Assembly (NCBI GenBank): GCA_019348355.1
Contig: JAHWJP010000004.1
Span: 1 to 58,225 of the forward strand
From: Actinomycetota bacterium
Lineage (GTDB): Bacteria; Actinomycetota; Actinomycetes; Mycobacteriales; SCTD01
Direction of reading: 5' to 3'
DNA: 58,225 nucleotides
The notes under the pieces were generated by a model, which saw only the letters and a program-made list of their open reading frames with translations, was not told the origin of the DNA and did no database searches. This document shows, in pieces, positions 45,594-58,066 of this stretch. Both the position numbers and the translations under genes were made by a program. Positions within the stretch are counted from its first letter, which is position 1. Every line of letters starts with the position of its first letter.

Positions 45594-46601
45594 GTGAGCG
45601 CAGCCCGACTGGTCGATCGCGTCCCGGTCGTCCCACCCGACAAGCTGGTCGCCGCCATGGTGCCGCCGCCCCGCTTCGACGCTGCCCGCTTCGAGACCTA
45701 CCTCCCTGATCCCGCGCAGCCCTCGCAGCAGGTGGCCGTCGACACGCTGCGCCGCTTCGTCACGACCCTGGAGCCCCGGCCGACCCGGCTGCTCGGCCGC
45801 CGCCGCGCCCCTCCGGGCCGCCCCGGCGTCTATCTCGACGGAGGGTTCGGCGTCGGCAAGACCCACCTGCTGGCCTCGCTCTGGCACGAGGGCCCCGCGC
45901 CGAAGGCGTACGGGACGTTCGTCGAGCTCACCCATCTCGTCGGGGCGCTCGGCTTCGGGGCGACGGTGGAGGCGCTGTCGGGCCACCGGCTGCTGGCCAT
46001 CGACGAGTTCGAGCTCGACGACCCCGGTGACACGGTGCTCGTGTCGAGCCTGCTCTCCAGGCTCGTCGAGGCCGGCGTGCGTGTCGCCGCCACCTCCAAC
46101 ACGCTGCCCGGGTCGCTCGGGGAAGGACGGTTCGCGGCACAGGACTTCTTGCGCGAGATCCAGGGGCTGGCAAGCTATTTCGATTCGATCCGGATCGACG
46201 GTGAGGACTACCGCCACCGTGGGCAGCCGGCCGCACCGCCGCCGGCCGACGACGCGGGCGTGGTCGCGGGCACGTCCGGCCGACGAGGTTCTACCTGCGA
46301 CGACTTCGACGACCTGCTCGCCCACCTGGCCAGCCTGCATCCCTCGCGCTACGGCGCGCTGGTCGACGGGGTTCCACTCGTCGGCCTGACGGGCGTACGG
46401 CCGGTGACCGACCAGGTCGATGCGCTGCGCCTCGTGGTCCTGGCCGACCGGCTGTACGACCGGGACATCCCGGTGCTGTCCAGCGGGGTGGCGCTGGACC
46501 AGCTCTTCCCCGAGGACCTGCTGCGCGGGGGCTATCGCAAGAAGTACCTGCGCGCCCTCAGCCGGCTGACCGCACTGGCCAGACAGGCCCGGTCAGGCTG
46601 A
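45594..46601 (+). CDS. zapE: AFG1/ZapE family ATPase
   Basis: YLDGGFGVGKTHLL, IDEFELDDPGD, ATSN, DRLYD, RALSRL. Confidence 0.92.
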   Translation: MSAARLVDRVPVVPPDKLVAAMVPPPRFDAARFETYLPDPAQPSQQVAVDTLRRFVTTLEPRPTRLLGRRRAPPGRPGVYLDGGFGVGKTHLLASLWHEGPAPKAYGTFVELTHLVGALGFGATVEALSGHRLLAIDEFELDDPGDTVLVSSLLSRLVEAGVRVAATSNTLPGSLGEGRFAAQDFLREIQGLASYFDSIRIDGEDYRHRGQPAAPPPADDAGVVAGTSGRRGSTCDDFDDLLAHLASLHPSRYGALVDGVPLVGLTGVRPVTDQVDALRLVVLADRLYDRDIPVLSSGVALDQLFPEDLLRGGYRKKYLRALSRLTALARQARSG

Positions 46602-46604
46602 CTC

Positions 46605-47666
46605 TCAGCCTGCGCCGCGCACTCCCGGCACCAGAGCGCGGACGACCTCGAGAACCCGGCCCGGACCGGACGCGCGCGGTCGCAACACGGGGGAGTCGCC
46701 GCCCTGTCTGGTGGCGATGCCGTGCAGCACCTCGAGCAGCGCCTGTGCCCCGTCCACCGCCGGCTCCCAGTCCAGCTCGGTGCGGGCCCGCGTGGTGTCG
46801 AGAAGGGGCGTGCGCAGGGCGAGGTCGACCCAGCCCGGGTCGGTCGGCTGAAGCCGCAACCGCCACGTCACAGCGACCAGTGCGCGCAGGGCGACCGCTG
46901 GCACCCGCAGCCGGCGGGCGCCGAGAATCGCGGCGAGAGCGGCCGGGTCGAGCACCGGTTCGGCGGCGATGTTGAAGGCGCCGGTGACCGGACGGGTGCA
47001 CACCAGGACGTACGCCCTTGCCATGTCCGAGGAGTGCACCGCCTGGAAGGCGAGGTTTTTGACGTCGGGCACGAACGGCAACAGCGACTGGCGCACCAGC
47101 GACTGAGGCACGAGCGGGCCGAGGAAGTAGCGCGCGATCTCGCTGCCGGCGCTGGCCTGCAGGATGAACGCGGGACGCATCCGCACCACCCGCCGCTCGG
47201 GGTGCTCGGTCTCGAACGCGTCCAGCATGCGCTCGGCCGTGGCCTTGTGCCGGCTGTAGCTCGACGTCGAGATGCCGTAGGTGGGGTGGCTCTCCGGGGC
47301 GGCGGGCGCCTTCGGTCCCGGCGAGTACGCCCCGACGGACGAGGCGTGGACGAACGCCGGCACGCCGGCGACGGCGACGGCGTCCAGGACGCGTCGGGTG
47401 CCGCGGACGTTGACCCGCCGCATCTCGTCCGGGTCGTGGGCCGGTTGGAGCAGCCAGGCCAGGTGGATGACGACGTCCGCGCCGGACATGACGGGGACGA
47501 GGTCGTCCTCGGCGACGTCCAGCGCGTGCCACTCCGCACGCGGGTCGGGCTCGGGCGGCAGTCGCCGGGCCAGGGCCACCACCGAGGTGACCTGCGGTTC
47601 GGCGAGCAGTTGCGGGAGCAGGGCGGAGCCGACGTTGCCGGTGGCTCCCGTGACGACGATGCGCAT
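46605..47666 (-). CDS. NAD-dependent epimerase/dehydratase
   Basis: VTGATGNVG, HLAW, SSVGAY, YSRHK. Confidence 0.9.
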   Translation of the reverse strand: MRIVVTGATGNVGSALLPQLLAEPQVTSVVALARRLPPEPDPRAEWHALDVAEDDLVPVMSGADVVIHLAWLLQPAHDPDEMRRVNVRGTRRVLDAVAVAGVPAFVHASSVGAYSPGPKAPAAPESHPTYGISTSSYSRHKATAERMLDAFETEHPERRVVRMRPAFILQASAGSEIARYFLGPLVPQSLVRQSLLPFVPDVKNLAFQAVHSSDMARAYVLVCTRPVTGAFNIAAEPVLDPAALAAILGARRLRVPAVALRALVAVTWRLRLQPTDPGWVDLALRTPLLDTTRARTELDWEPAVDGAQALLEVLHGIATRQGGDSPVLRPRASGPGRVLEVVRALVPGVRGAG

Positions 47667-47711
47667 GGCCGGCAGCGTGCCCGTCTGCGGCTGAGGCAAT
47701 CGACCGGGAGC

Positions 47712-49445
47712 TCAGTCGGTCAGCTCGAGCACCAGCACCGACTCCCCGTCGAGCTCGGCCGCACCGCCCGAGTAGACGAAGCCGCGCTCGCTGGACAGCA
47801 GCACCGCCTGCGGGCTGCCGGGCAGGGGCACCGTCCGCCGGTCGCGGCCCAGGTTGCACACGACCGCCACCCGGCCGCGCCGCACGACGAGCCAGCTGCC
47901 GTCGTCGTGCGTCACCTCGACGCGGTCGCGCCGGCCGTCCGACAGCTCGGGGCGCAGCCGCCGCAGCGCGATCAGTTCCCGGGTCCACGCCAGGTGGCCG
48001 GCGTGACGCTCCTGGTCGAGCTCGGCCCAGTCGAGGGTCGAGGCGCGTACGGTCGACTCGGCCTGCGGGTCCGGGATGTCCTCGGTGGCCCAGCCGTGCG
48101 CGGCGAACTCCGCCCGCCTTCCCTTTCGCACGGCGTCGCCGAGTTCGCCGTCATGGTCGGAGAAGAACTGCCAGGGGGTGCGCGCCCCCCACTCCTCACC
48201 CATCCAGAGCATCGGTGTGAACGGCGAGGTGAGCACCAGCGCGGCCCCGACCCGAAGCAGACCGTCGGACAGCATCATCGAGATGCGGTCGCCGGTGGCC
48301 CGGTTGCCGACCTGGTCGTGGTCCTGCAGGTAGGCCACGAACCGGTGCCCCGACACGGTCGGCGGGACGGGGCGTCCGTGGGTGCGCGAACGGAAGGACG
48401 ACCACGTGCCGTCGTGCAGGAACACGCCGGTCAGCACCTTGACGAGAGCCGGAAGACCGGCAAAGTCGCCGTAGTAGCCGGCGGTCTCGCCAGTGAGGTT
48501 CGCGTGCAGGGCGTGGTGCACGTCGTCGGCCCACTGCGCGTCCAGGCCGTTGCCGCCGGCCTCGCGCGAGCTCACCATCCGGGCGTCGTTCAGGTCACTC
48601 TCGGCGATGAGGAACAGCGGTTTGTGCAACCTGGCGCCGAGCGCCTCGACCTCGAAGGACAACTCCTCCAGCAGGTGCGTCGCCCGCTCGTCGACAAGCG
48701 CGTGCACGGCGTCCAGGCGCAAACCGTCCAGGTGGTAGTCGCGCAGCCACATGAGGGCGTTGTCGATGACGTAGCGGCGCACCTCGTCCGACCCGGCCCG
48801 GTCGAGATTGACGGCCGAACCCCAGGGCGTGGTGTGGGCGTCGGTGAGGTACGGGCCGAACTCGCCGAGGTAGTTCCCGGCCGGGCCGAGGTGGTTGTGC
48901 ACCACGTCCATCACGACGCCGAGGCCGCGCGCGTGGCAGGCGTCGACGAAGCGCTTCAGCCCCTCCGGCCCGCCGTACGGGTCGTGCACCGCGAACCAGG
49001 CGACGCCGTCGTAGCCCCATCCCCACCGGCCGGCGAAGGCGTTGCAGGGCAGCAGCTCGACCGCCGAGATGCCCAGCTCGACGAGGTGGTCCAGCCGGCC
49101 GGCGGCGGCGTCGAAGGTGCCTTCCGGGGTGAAAGTGCCAACGTGCAGCTCGTACAACACGCAGCCCGCCAGGGGCAGGCCCCGCCAGGACGAGTCGCTC
49201 CAGGCGAAGGCGGCATGGTCGACGACCCGGGACGGGCCATGCACGCCGTGCGGCTGCCAGGCGCTGCGCGGGTCGGGTCGAGGTTCACCGCCGTCGAGCA
49301 GGTAGGCGTAGTCGCTGCCGGCGCCGGCGCTGTCGACGGCCAGCTGCCACCAGTCGCCGGTGTCGGCGACCAGGTCCCGGCGCTCACCGTCGACCTCGAC
49401 CTCGACAGTGGTCGCCGTCGGGGCCCACACCCGAAAGGTGGTCAT
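47712..49445 (-). CDS. treZ: Malto-oligosyltrehalose trehalohydrolase
   Basis: FRVWAP, YELHVGTF, WGYDGV, GLRLDAVH, IAESD, DHDQVGNR. Confidence 0.95.
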   Translation of the reverse strand: MTTFRVWAPTATTVEVEVDGERRDLVADTGDWWQLAVDSAGAGSDYAYLLDGGEPRPDPRSAWQPHGVHGPSRVVDHAAFAWSDSSWRGLPLAGCVLYELHVGTFTPEGTFDAAAGRLDHLVELGISAVELLPCNAFAGRWGWGYDGVAWFAVHDPYGGPEGLKRFVDACHARGLGVVMDVVHNHLGPAGNYLGEFGPYLTDAHTTPWGSAVNLDRAGSDEVRRYVIDNALMWLRDYHLDGLRLDAVHALVDERATHLLEELSFEVEALGARLHKPLFLIAESDLNDARMVSSREAGGNGLDAQWADDVHHALHANLTGETAGYYGDFAGLPALVKVLTGVFLHDGTWSSFRSRTHGRPVPPTVSGHRFVAYLQDHDQVGNRATGDRISMMLSDGLLRVGAALVLTSPFTPMLWMGEEWGARTPWQFFSDHDGELGDAVRKGRRAEFAAHGWATEDIPDPQAESTVRASTLDWAELDQERHAGHLAWTRELIALRRLRPELSDGRRDRVEVTHDDGSWLVVRRGRVAVVCNLGRDRRTVPLPGSPQAVLLSSERGFVYSGGAAELDGESVLVLELTD

Positions 49446-51862
49446 CAGCCCTCCTCGGAGCGCAGCAGGACGGCGACCGGGAAGTCGCCGAGCAGGTCGG
49501 CCAAGCGGAGTTCGCCGCCGACGTGGGTCCCTCCGGTGAAGACGTCCTGCCAGCGCCCGGGCGGCAGCAGGGCGCTGTCCGCACCCCAGCCGCTGTCGGT
49601 GACCGCCAGCGCCCGGATCGGCGCGACCGTCGCCAGCCGGCCGGCTCGCAGGAAGCCGACCGCACGCTCGCCGACGTCCAGCGGCTCGTAGGAGGACCCG
49701 GCCAGGAACAGCTCGGGGGTGTCGCGTCGCAGCCGGAGCAGGCGGGCGACCAGATGCAGCTTCGCCGCTCCCGTCGCATCGACCGGGGACGGGGGGCCGG
49801 TGGTCGCGGCGAGCAGCCGGCGTCGCTGCTCCCAGTCGACCGGCCGCCGGTTGTCCGGGTCGACCAGGGACAGGTCCCACAGCTCGGTGCCTTGATAGGT
49901 GTCGGCGACCCCCGGCACCGTCAGCTGGATCGCCTTCTGCGCGAGCGCGGTCATCTGCCAGGCCGGAGCCAGCCGCTCCACGAAGGCCGCGATGTCCTCG
50001 CACAAGGGTGCGTCACCGAGCACGCCACGCACGAAGGCCTCGAGGGCCCGGTCGAAGTCTGGCACCGGGTCGACCCAGGATGTGCCGTCCTTCGCCTCTC
50101 GGGTGGCCTTTTCGAGGTAGGCGGCCGCGCGGTCTGCGCTCAGCGGCCAGGCCCCGACGAGCGTCTGCCAGACCAGCTGCTCGGTGGCCGGGTCCGGGCC
50201 GGCCGGCACGCGGTAGGCCTTCGCCATGGCGGCCCAGCGCCCGACGCCCTCCCGCCACTCCTGCGGGCACTGCGACAGCAGCACGAGCCGGGCGCGTACG
50301 TCCTCGGACCGCTTGGTGTCGTGCGTCGACAGGGCCGTCATCGTCAGCGGCCAGTCCCGCTGCCGGGCCAGGTTGGCCTCGTGGAACTGCCCGGTCGTCA
50401 GCCCGAACCGGCCTGGGTCACCGCCGACCTCGTTGAGCGCGGTCAGTCGCAGGTAGCGGTAGAAGGCGGTGTCCTCGACACCCTTCGCCATCACCGGTCC
50501 GCAGGTCTGCTGGAAGCGGGTGACGAACTCCTGCGCCGCGGGTCCGGGCGGCCCCTCGGCCAGGACGAGCCGCTGGACGAGGTCGATCTCGGTTGCCCGC
50601 TCGGGCGCCCAGGCTCTCGCAGCGTCGACGGCGTGGGCCACGTGCTCTCGGGCGACCGGCCCGGCCGGACCGCCCGCAGGCAGGTACGCCCGGTAGACGC
50701 CGAACGAGGCGAGCACCTCGACCAGCGCCTCGCGCAGCGCTGCCCGCGAGATGTTCCACAACGACGGGTGCAGCTCGCACACGCGCATCGCGACGTCGGT
50801 CAGCCGGTTCACCTCGGCCGGCAGCACGTCGGACAGGATCAGCCGCTTGGTGCGTGCCACGACCTGCGCATAGCTCGCGTCGTCCCCGGTGACCTCGTTC
50901 CACATGGCGGTGAGGGGCTGCTCACCTGCCGGGTCGACGAACAGCCCGAGCACATCGTTGAGGACGTCGTAACCGGTGGTCCCGGCGGTCTGCCAGCCCC
51001 GCGGCAGCTCCTCGCCCGGTTCGAGGATCTTCTCCACGACCACCCAGGAGCTGCCGGTGGCAGCTGACAACTGGTCCAGGTAGCCCCCGGGGTCGGCGAG
51101 CCCGTCCGGGTGGTCGACCCGCAGGCCGTCGATGACACCGGCCGCCACCTGGTCGAGCACCAGCTGGTGGGTGGCCTCGAACACGGCAGGTAACTCCACG
51201 CGTACGCCGGCGAGCTCGGTGACGTCGAAGAACCGGCGGTAGTTCAGCGCGTCCCTGGCCTCCCGCCAGTCGGCCAACCGATAGTGCTGGGCAGCGAGCG
51301 TGGCCAGCACGTCGTTGTCGACTCTCGTGCCGGGCGTGATCGGTAGCTCGTGCTCGAAGTAGCGGACGCGGTCGGCCAGCAGCTCGAGATCGCTTGCCAC
51401 CTGGGCGAGCGGTCCGCCCAGCACCGGCACCAGCACGCGCCCGTCGCCGCCCCAGTCGATGTCGAACCACTGCGCGTACGGCGAGGCCTGCCCTTCGCGC
51501 AGGACCGACCACCACTGGGCGTTCTGCGACTGCGGCGGGCTCACGGCCATGTGGTTGGGCACGATGTCGAGCACGATCCCGAGCCCTGCGTCCCGGCAGG
51601 AGGCGGCCATCCGGTCGAACGCCGGCTGGCCCCCGAGCTCGTCGCTCAGCCGGCTGTGGTCCACGACGTCGTAGCCGTGCGCCGACCCTGGCGCGGCCTG
51701 CAGGTAGGGCGAGCAGTAGAGATGCGTGACCCCCAGGTCTGCGAGGTAGGTCGCGATCCGCGCCGCGTCGTCGAAGCCGAAGCCGGGGTGGCCTTCCGCC
51801 GGTGGGCGCAGCTGCACGCGATAGGTCGAGACGGGTACGGGGCGTCCGGGGCGCGGGAGCAC
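49445..51862 (-). CDS. treY: Malto-oligosyltrehalose synthase
   Basis: STYRVQ, HGYDVVD, DIVPNHM, GLRVDHPDGL, VEKIL, STHDTKR, LVDPDNRR. Confidence 0.95.
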   Translation of the reverse strand: MLPRPGRPVPVSTYRVQLRPPAEGHPGFGFDDAARIATYLADLGVTHLYCSPYLQAAPGSAHGYDVVDHSRLSDELGGQPAFDRMAASCRDAGLGIVLDIVPNHMAVSPPQSQNAQWWSVLREGQASPYAQWFDIDWGGDGRVLVPVLGGPLAQVASDLELLADRVRYFEHELPITPGTRVDNDVLATLAAQHYRLADWREARDALNYRRFFDVTELAGVRVELPAVFEATHQLVLDQVAAGVIDGLRVDHPDGLADPGGYLDQLSAATGSSWVVVEKILEPGEELPRGWQTAGTTGYDVLNDVLGLFVDPAGEQPLTAMWNEVTGDDASYAQVVARTKRLILSDVLPAEVNRLTDVAMRVCELHPSLWNISRAALREALVEVLASFGVYRAYLPAGGPAGPVAREHVAHAVDAARAWAPERATEIDLVQRLVLAEGPPGPAAQEFVTRFQQTCGPVMAKGVEDTAFYRYLRLTALNEVGGDPGRFGLTTGQFHEANLARQRDWPLTMTALSTHDTKRSEDVRARLVLLSQCPQEWREGVGRWAAMAKAYRVPAGPDPATEQLVWQTLVGAWPLSADRAAAYLEKATREAKDGTSWVDPVPDFDRALEAFVRGVLGDAPLCEDIAAFVERLAPAWQMTALAQKAIQLTVPGVADTYQGTELWDLSLVDPDNRRPVDWEQRRRLLAATTGPPSPVDATGAAKLHLVARLLRLRRDTPELFLAGSSYEPLDVGERAVGFLRAGRLATVAPIRALAVTDSGWGADSALLPPGRWQDVFTGGTHVGGELRLADLLGDFPVAVLLRSEEG

Positions 51863-51864
51863 CC

Positions 51865-53976
<2,112 letters not shown>

Positions 53977-54191
53977 AGTGATGAAGTCCAGTCGACGGAG
54001 CGGGCAGGACAGGTTGGGACAATTCCTACCCCGGCGACGGGCGGAGCCGAGCCGGGGGGGCAGTCACCACCACTTCAGTTTGACGTGATCGCCTGCGTGG
54101 GGTCTGATCGCTGTGGTTGAGCGGACAGCCATTGGCGCCGGGCTGCTCGAAGTTTGCGGCCTTGTCCCTGCTGCGAAAAGATCGAGGCAAC

Positions 54192-54851
54192 GTGACCCTT
54201 CTCACCCCCCCCGCGAGCACCATCGTCGCCCAGCGACCGTCGGAGGATGCCGACAGGGCGGTCTGGCGTCCGCGCGGCGAGGTCGAGGTTCTGCGGGACC
54301 AGCTCAGAGGGATCGATCGCTGGAACAAGGCCCGCCAGATGTCCGAGCAGGCGACGCAGGCGACAGCCCGGTCCCGCGAGGGCCGACTGGACGTGTCCCG
54401 CCGCATGGAGGTGCTGCGCCGTCAGCACGAGGCGCTCGTCGCCCGCACCCAGGACCACCTTCGGGGCAGCGCTCGCACGCTGGCCTTCACGGCTCCCTGC
54501 CGGGCTGTGCTCGTGCACCGCAAGCAGTGGTTTCGCGACAAGGTCGCCGAGGCGCTCCGCGGCTCCGGCGTCGAGGTCATGACCGGGCTCGAGAACGGCG
54601 CTGAGGCCGTGGGATTCGTCATCGCCGAGCAGCCCGACCTGCTGCTGGTCGAGGACAGCCTGAGCATGATGTCGGGCGAGGACGTGCTGCGGTCGGTGCT
54701 GCCGTACGCCCCGCACACGTTGTGCGTGGCTCAGGTGGCCCACGAGGATCGCGTCGGTGCGCTGCTCGACGCCGGCGCCCGCGCGGTCTGGACCCGGCGG
54801 GTGGCACCTCTCGAGGTCGCGACAGCGCTCCGCGAGCTCGTTCGGGCCTGA
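54192..54851 (+). CDS. Helical N-terminal domain + atypical (pseudo) receiver domain protein
   Basis: C-terminal half has a CheY-like pattern (NGAEAV, QPDLLLVED, LDAGA) without the canonical DD/D/K residues. Confidence 0.72.
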   Translation: MTLLTPPASTIVAQRPSEDADRAVWRPRGEVEVLRDQLRGIDRWNKARQMSEQATQATARSREGRLDVSRRMEVLRRQHEALVARTQDHLRGSARTLAFTAPCRAVLVHRKQWFRDKVAEALRGSGVEVMTGLENGAEAVGFVIAEQPDLLLVEDSLSMMSGEDVLRSVLPYAPHTLCVAQVAHEDRVGALLDAGARAVWTRRVAPLEVATALRELVRA

Positions 54852-54878
54852 GCGCCGGGAGCCTGGCCGGCGGGTGGC

Positions 54879-55289
54879 TCAGCCAGGATCGTCTGACCTG
54901 TTCACCTCGCGCCGGATCTCGTTGTCGTCTTCGGCCGCCTCGACCGAACGGCGGTGCAACGAGTCGCTCTCCCGGTCGAGGGAGCTGTCGGCCCGGTCCA
55001 AGGCGGCGCGCGTGCGCTCGATGCGGTCCCGGGAATGCGCCACGATCTCGAGCCTCTGCGAGAGCGTCATGCCGGACCGACGGGGTTGGTCGAGGCGCTG
55101 CTCGGAGGCGTCCAACAGCTGCTCACGCTGATCGACCAGGCGCTCGCGCTGGTCGGCAAGCCGGTCCCGGCGGTCGGCCAGGTCGTCGCGCGCGTCGGCC
55201 GCCACGGCCCGGACGTCGAGCAGGCGCACCCGCTCCTCGGACAGCAGTTCGTCCCGGGCGGTGGACTCGTCGTCCTGCGGGCGCGGCAC
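54879..55289 (-). CDS. Small charged coiled-coil protein
   Basis: Heptads ADARDDL-ADRRDRL-ADQRERL-VDQREQL. Confidence 0.65.
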   Translation of the reverse strand: MPRPQDDESTARDELLSEERVRLLDVRAVAADARDDLADRRDRLADQRERLVDQREQLLDASEQRLDQPRRSGMTLSQRLEIVAHSRDRIERTRAALDRADSSLDRESDSLHRRSVEAAEDDNEIRREVNRSDDPG

Positions 55290-55302
55290 GAGCTCATCCT
55301 GC

Positions 55303-56788
55303 TACTACAAGCGCCGGGTCAAGATCTACGCCACGGACATCGACGGGGCCGCACTCACGACGGCGCGTGCAGCCCGCTTTCCGGCGTGCACACTCGAACC
55401 GCTCACCGATCAGCAGCGCTCGACCTACTTCGAGACCGACGGCGACGTCCAGCGCTTCCGCAGCGACCTGCGACCCTCGCTCATCTTCGGGCGCCACGAC
55501 CTGCTGCAGGACGCCCCCATCTCGCGGATCGTCCTGCTGGCCTGCAGCAACGTGCGCATGTACTTCACGCCTGAGGCGCAGACCCGCGTGCTCGAGCGCT
55601 TCTCCTACGCACTGCACGAGGACGGACTGCTGCTGCTCGGCAAGGCGGAGATGCTGCTGACCCAGTCGCACCTGTTCACCCCGGTGAGCCTGCCGCACCG
55701 CATCTTTCGCTCCCGCCGCCCGGCATCCGCCGGCACCGTGACGGCCCTGCCCGTCGGCGGCCCGCAACCGGAGCTGGTGCTGCGACGGACCATGGAGGCC
55801 GCGTTCGTCGGAGCGGCCGGGGCGCAGGTCGTCCTCGACGCCAATGGGGTCGTCACGCTGCTCAACCAGGGCGCCAGACGTTCGCTGGGGCTGTCGCTCA
55901 ACGACGTCGGCCGCAGCTTCGCCGAGCTGGAGCTCTCCCGGGTGCCGGTGGATCTGCGGCCGGTCCTGGTCGGGGTCCAGACCAGTCGCGAGCCGGTGCA
56001 CCTGCAGGACATCGCGTGGCGGCGCGGGGCCGCCGACACCTGCTGGGACATCCGGATCACCGTGCTCGACGTGGACGGCGACGTGCTCGGCACCCAGCTG
56101 GTCTTCGAGGAGGTGACCCAGCGGGTCGCGCTGCGCACGCGGCTCAACCAGCTGCACGACGAGCTGGGCACGGCGTACGAAGAGCTCCAGAGCTCCAGCG
56201 AGGAGCTCGAGACCACCAACGAGGAGCTCCAGAGCTCCAGCGAGGAGCTCGAGACCACCAACGAGGAGCTCCAGTCCGCGATCGAGGAGCTCGAGACCAC
56301 CAACGAGGAGCTGCAGAGCACCAACGAAGAGCTCGAGACGATGAACGAGGAGTTGCAGAGCACCAACGAGGAGCTGCAGACCGTGAACGACGAGCTGCGC
56401 GACCGTACGGTGGAGATCGACCGGGTCAACGGCTTCCTGCACGGCATCCTCGAGGGGTTGGACGTCGCGGTGGCCGTCGTCGACACCAACCACCGGGTGC
56501 AGATGTGGAACGCCGCGGCGGAACGGCTGTCCGGGCTTCGCGCGTTCGAGAGCGTGGGCGTCCTGCTGCTCGAGCTCCCGCTGAGCCTGCCCGCGGAACA
56601 GACGCTGTCGGCGCTGCGCGAGGTGTTGGTGCGGGGGGGCGCGCGCGACGCTGGACGTGCCGCTGCTCGATCGGTTCGGCAGGAAGCAGAAGCGGCACAT
56701 CGCGGTGAACCGGCTGCAGGACCGGCTCGGTGCGACCAGCGGCGCGGTGGTCACCCTGTTCGATGGACCGGCCGCCGACTGCGACTGA
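55303..56788 (+). pseudogene. 5'-truncated CheR-type methyltransferase-PAS-coiled coil-PAS gene with a frameshift at a G7 run
   Basis: Begins abruptly at RVKIYATDID...RHDLL...CSNVRMYF...LLLGKAE; EELQST heptads; the last PAS continues in another frame after 56633-56639. Confidence 0.78.
56179..56388 (+). repeat. Five 42-bp tandem coding repeats (EELQSxxEELETTN)
   Basis: The first two units (56179-56220, 56221-56262) differ at one base. Confidence 0.85.
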
Positions 56789-56821
56789 CCGGCCGGTGGG
56801 CGAGCATGCCACGGTAGGGCG

Positions 56822-58066
56822 GTGACGCAGCACCAGCACTCCCACGCACCCAGCGGCCACGCTGTCGCTCCAGCTGTCGTGCGTGGGCGACAGTTGCTGA
56901 TCGGCCTCGTCGCGGTGCTGATGGTCGTCACGGCGCTCGGTCTGGTGCTGCTGCGACCGGACGGAGGTGAGGCGTCGGAGCCGCTGCCGCAGTCTGGTGA
57001 GCGCGTCCGGGGGACGGTCACCGCCGCGGCGGCAGTCTCCTGCGAGGAACCGGAGGCGGGCCCCCCCGGCGAGGACCTCGGCAGCGGGGACGGCGGGTGC
57101 CAGCGGATCACCGTCCGCATCGACGAGGGCAGCGACGAGGGAGCGTCGGTCGAGCAGGTCGGCGGTGCGAATGCCACGGAACGCACCGGGGTGGGGGACC
57201 GGGTGGTGCTCATCCGCAGTCCGGGTGATGTCCCGCTGGTAGAGCGCTATCAGCTCTCGGATGTCCAGCGCGGTCGCTCACTTGCCGGGCTGGCCCTGCT
57301 GTTCGCCGTCGCGGTGGTGGCCCTCGGCCGGTGGCGTGGGCTGCTCGCACTGGCCGGTCTGGGGGTGAGCCTGGTCGTCCTCGTGCTCTGGCTGGTGCCT
57401 GCGCTGCTCGACGGGCGGCCTCCCCTGCTCACGGCGACCGTCGGGGCCAGCGCGGTGATGCTTCTCGTGCTGCTGCTCGGGCACGGGCCGAGCGTGCGGA
57501 CCGCCACGGCGGTCGTCGGCACCGCCGCGAGTCTGTTGTTGACGCTCGCGCTCGCGACGCTGTTCGTCGAGCTCGCCTCGCTCAGCGGGCTGACCAGTGA
57601 CGAGGCGACCTTCGTACAAGCTCTGTTCGGTGACCTGGACCTGCGCGGCCTGCTGCTCGCCGGCATCGTGATCGGCGCGCTCGGCATCCTCGACGACGTG
57701 ACGGTCACGCAGGTCTCGACCGTCTACGAGCTGCGGGCGGCCGACCCGGCGATGCCGGTGCGGGCGCTCTATCGCGCCGGACTGCGGGTCGGGCGTGACC
57801 ACGTCGCCTCGCTGGTCAACACCCTGCTACTCGCCTACGCGGGCGCGTCGCTGCCGCTGCTGGTCGTGTTCACGACCTCGGGGGAGGGCCTGATCGGCAC
57901 GCTCACCAACGGACCGGTGGCCGAGGAGGTCGTCCGCACCCTGGTCGGCAGCATCGGCCTGGTCGCCGCTGTCCCGATCACGACGGCGCTGGCGGCGGTG
58001 ATGTGCCCGCCAGCCGTCCCGGTGGTCAGCGGCGACGCCGCCGCCGGGTCCGGAACGGACCTCTGA
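56822..58066 (+). CDS. YibE/F family membrane protein
   Basis: His-rich N-terminus, IGALGILDDVTVTQ, GRDHVAS.VNTL.LAYAGASLP, EEVVRTLVGSIG. Confidence 0.92.
   Translation: MTQHQHSHAPSGHAVAPAVVRGRQLLIGLVAVLMVVTALGLVLLRPDGGEASEPLPQSGERVRGTVTAAAAVSCEEPEAGPPGEDLGSGDGGCQRITVRIDEGSDEGASVEQVGGANATERTGVGDRVVLIRSPGDVPLVERYQLSDVQRGRSLAGLALLFAVAVVALGRWRGLLALAGLGVSLVVLVLWLVPALLDGRPPLLTATVGASAVMLLVLLLGHGPSVRTATAVVGTAASLLLTLALATLFVELASLSGLTSDEATFVQALFGDLDLRGLLLAGIVIGALGILDDVTVTQVSTVYELRAADPAMPVRALYRAGLRVGRDHVASLVNTLLLAYAGASLPLLVVFTTSGEGLIGTLTNGPVAEEVVRTLVGSIGLVAAVPITTALAAVMCPPAVPVVSGDAAAGSGTDL

Noticed and set aside
46722-49691. Very long antisense ORFs (989 aa here; also 6971-9643, 14856-16682, 10735-12654, 32335-34416)
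   Set aside because: Shadows of real genes on the opposite strand; stop-codon scarcity at high GC; no recognisable motifs.
56179-56388. 42-bp tandem repeats as CRISPR or non-coding VNTR
   Set aside because: They are in-frame heptads of the CheR-associated coiled coil, with no spacers.
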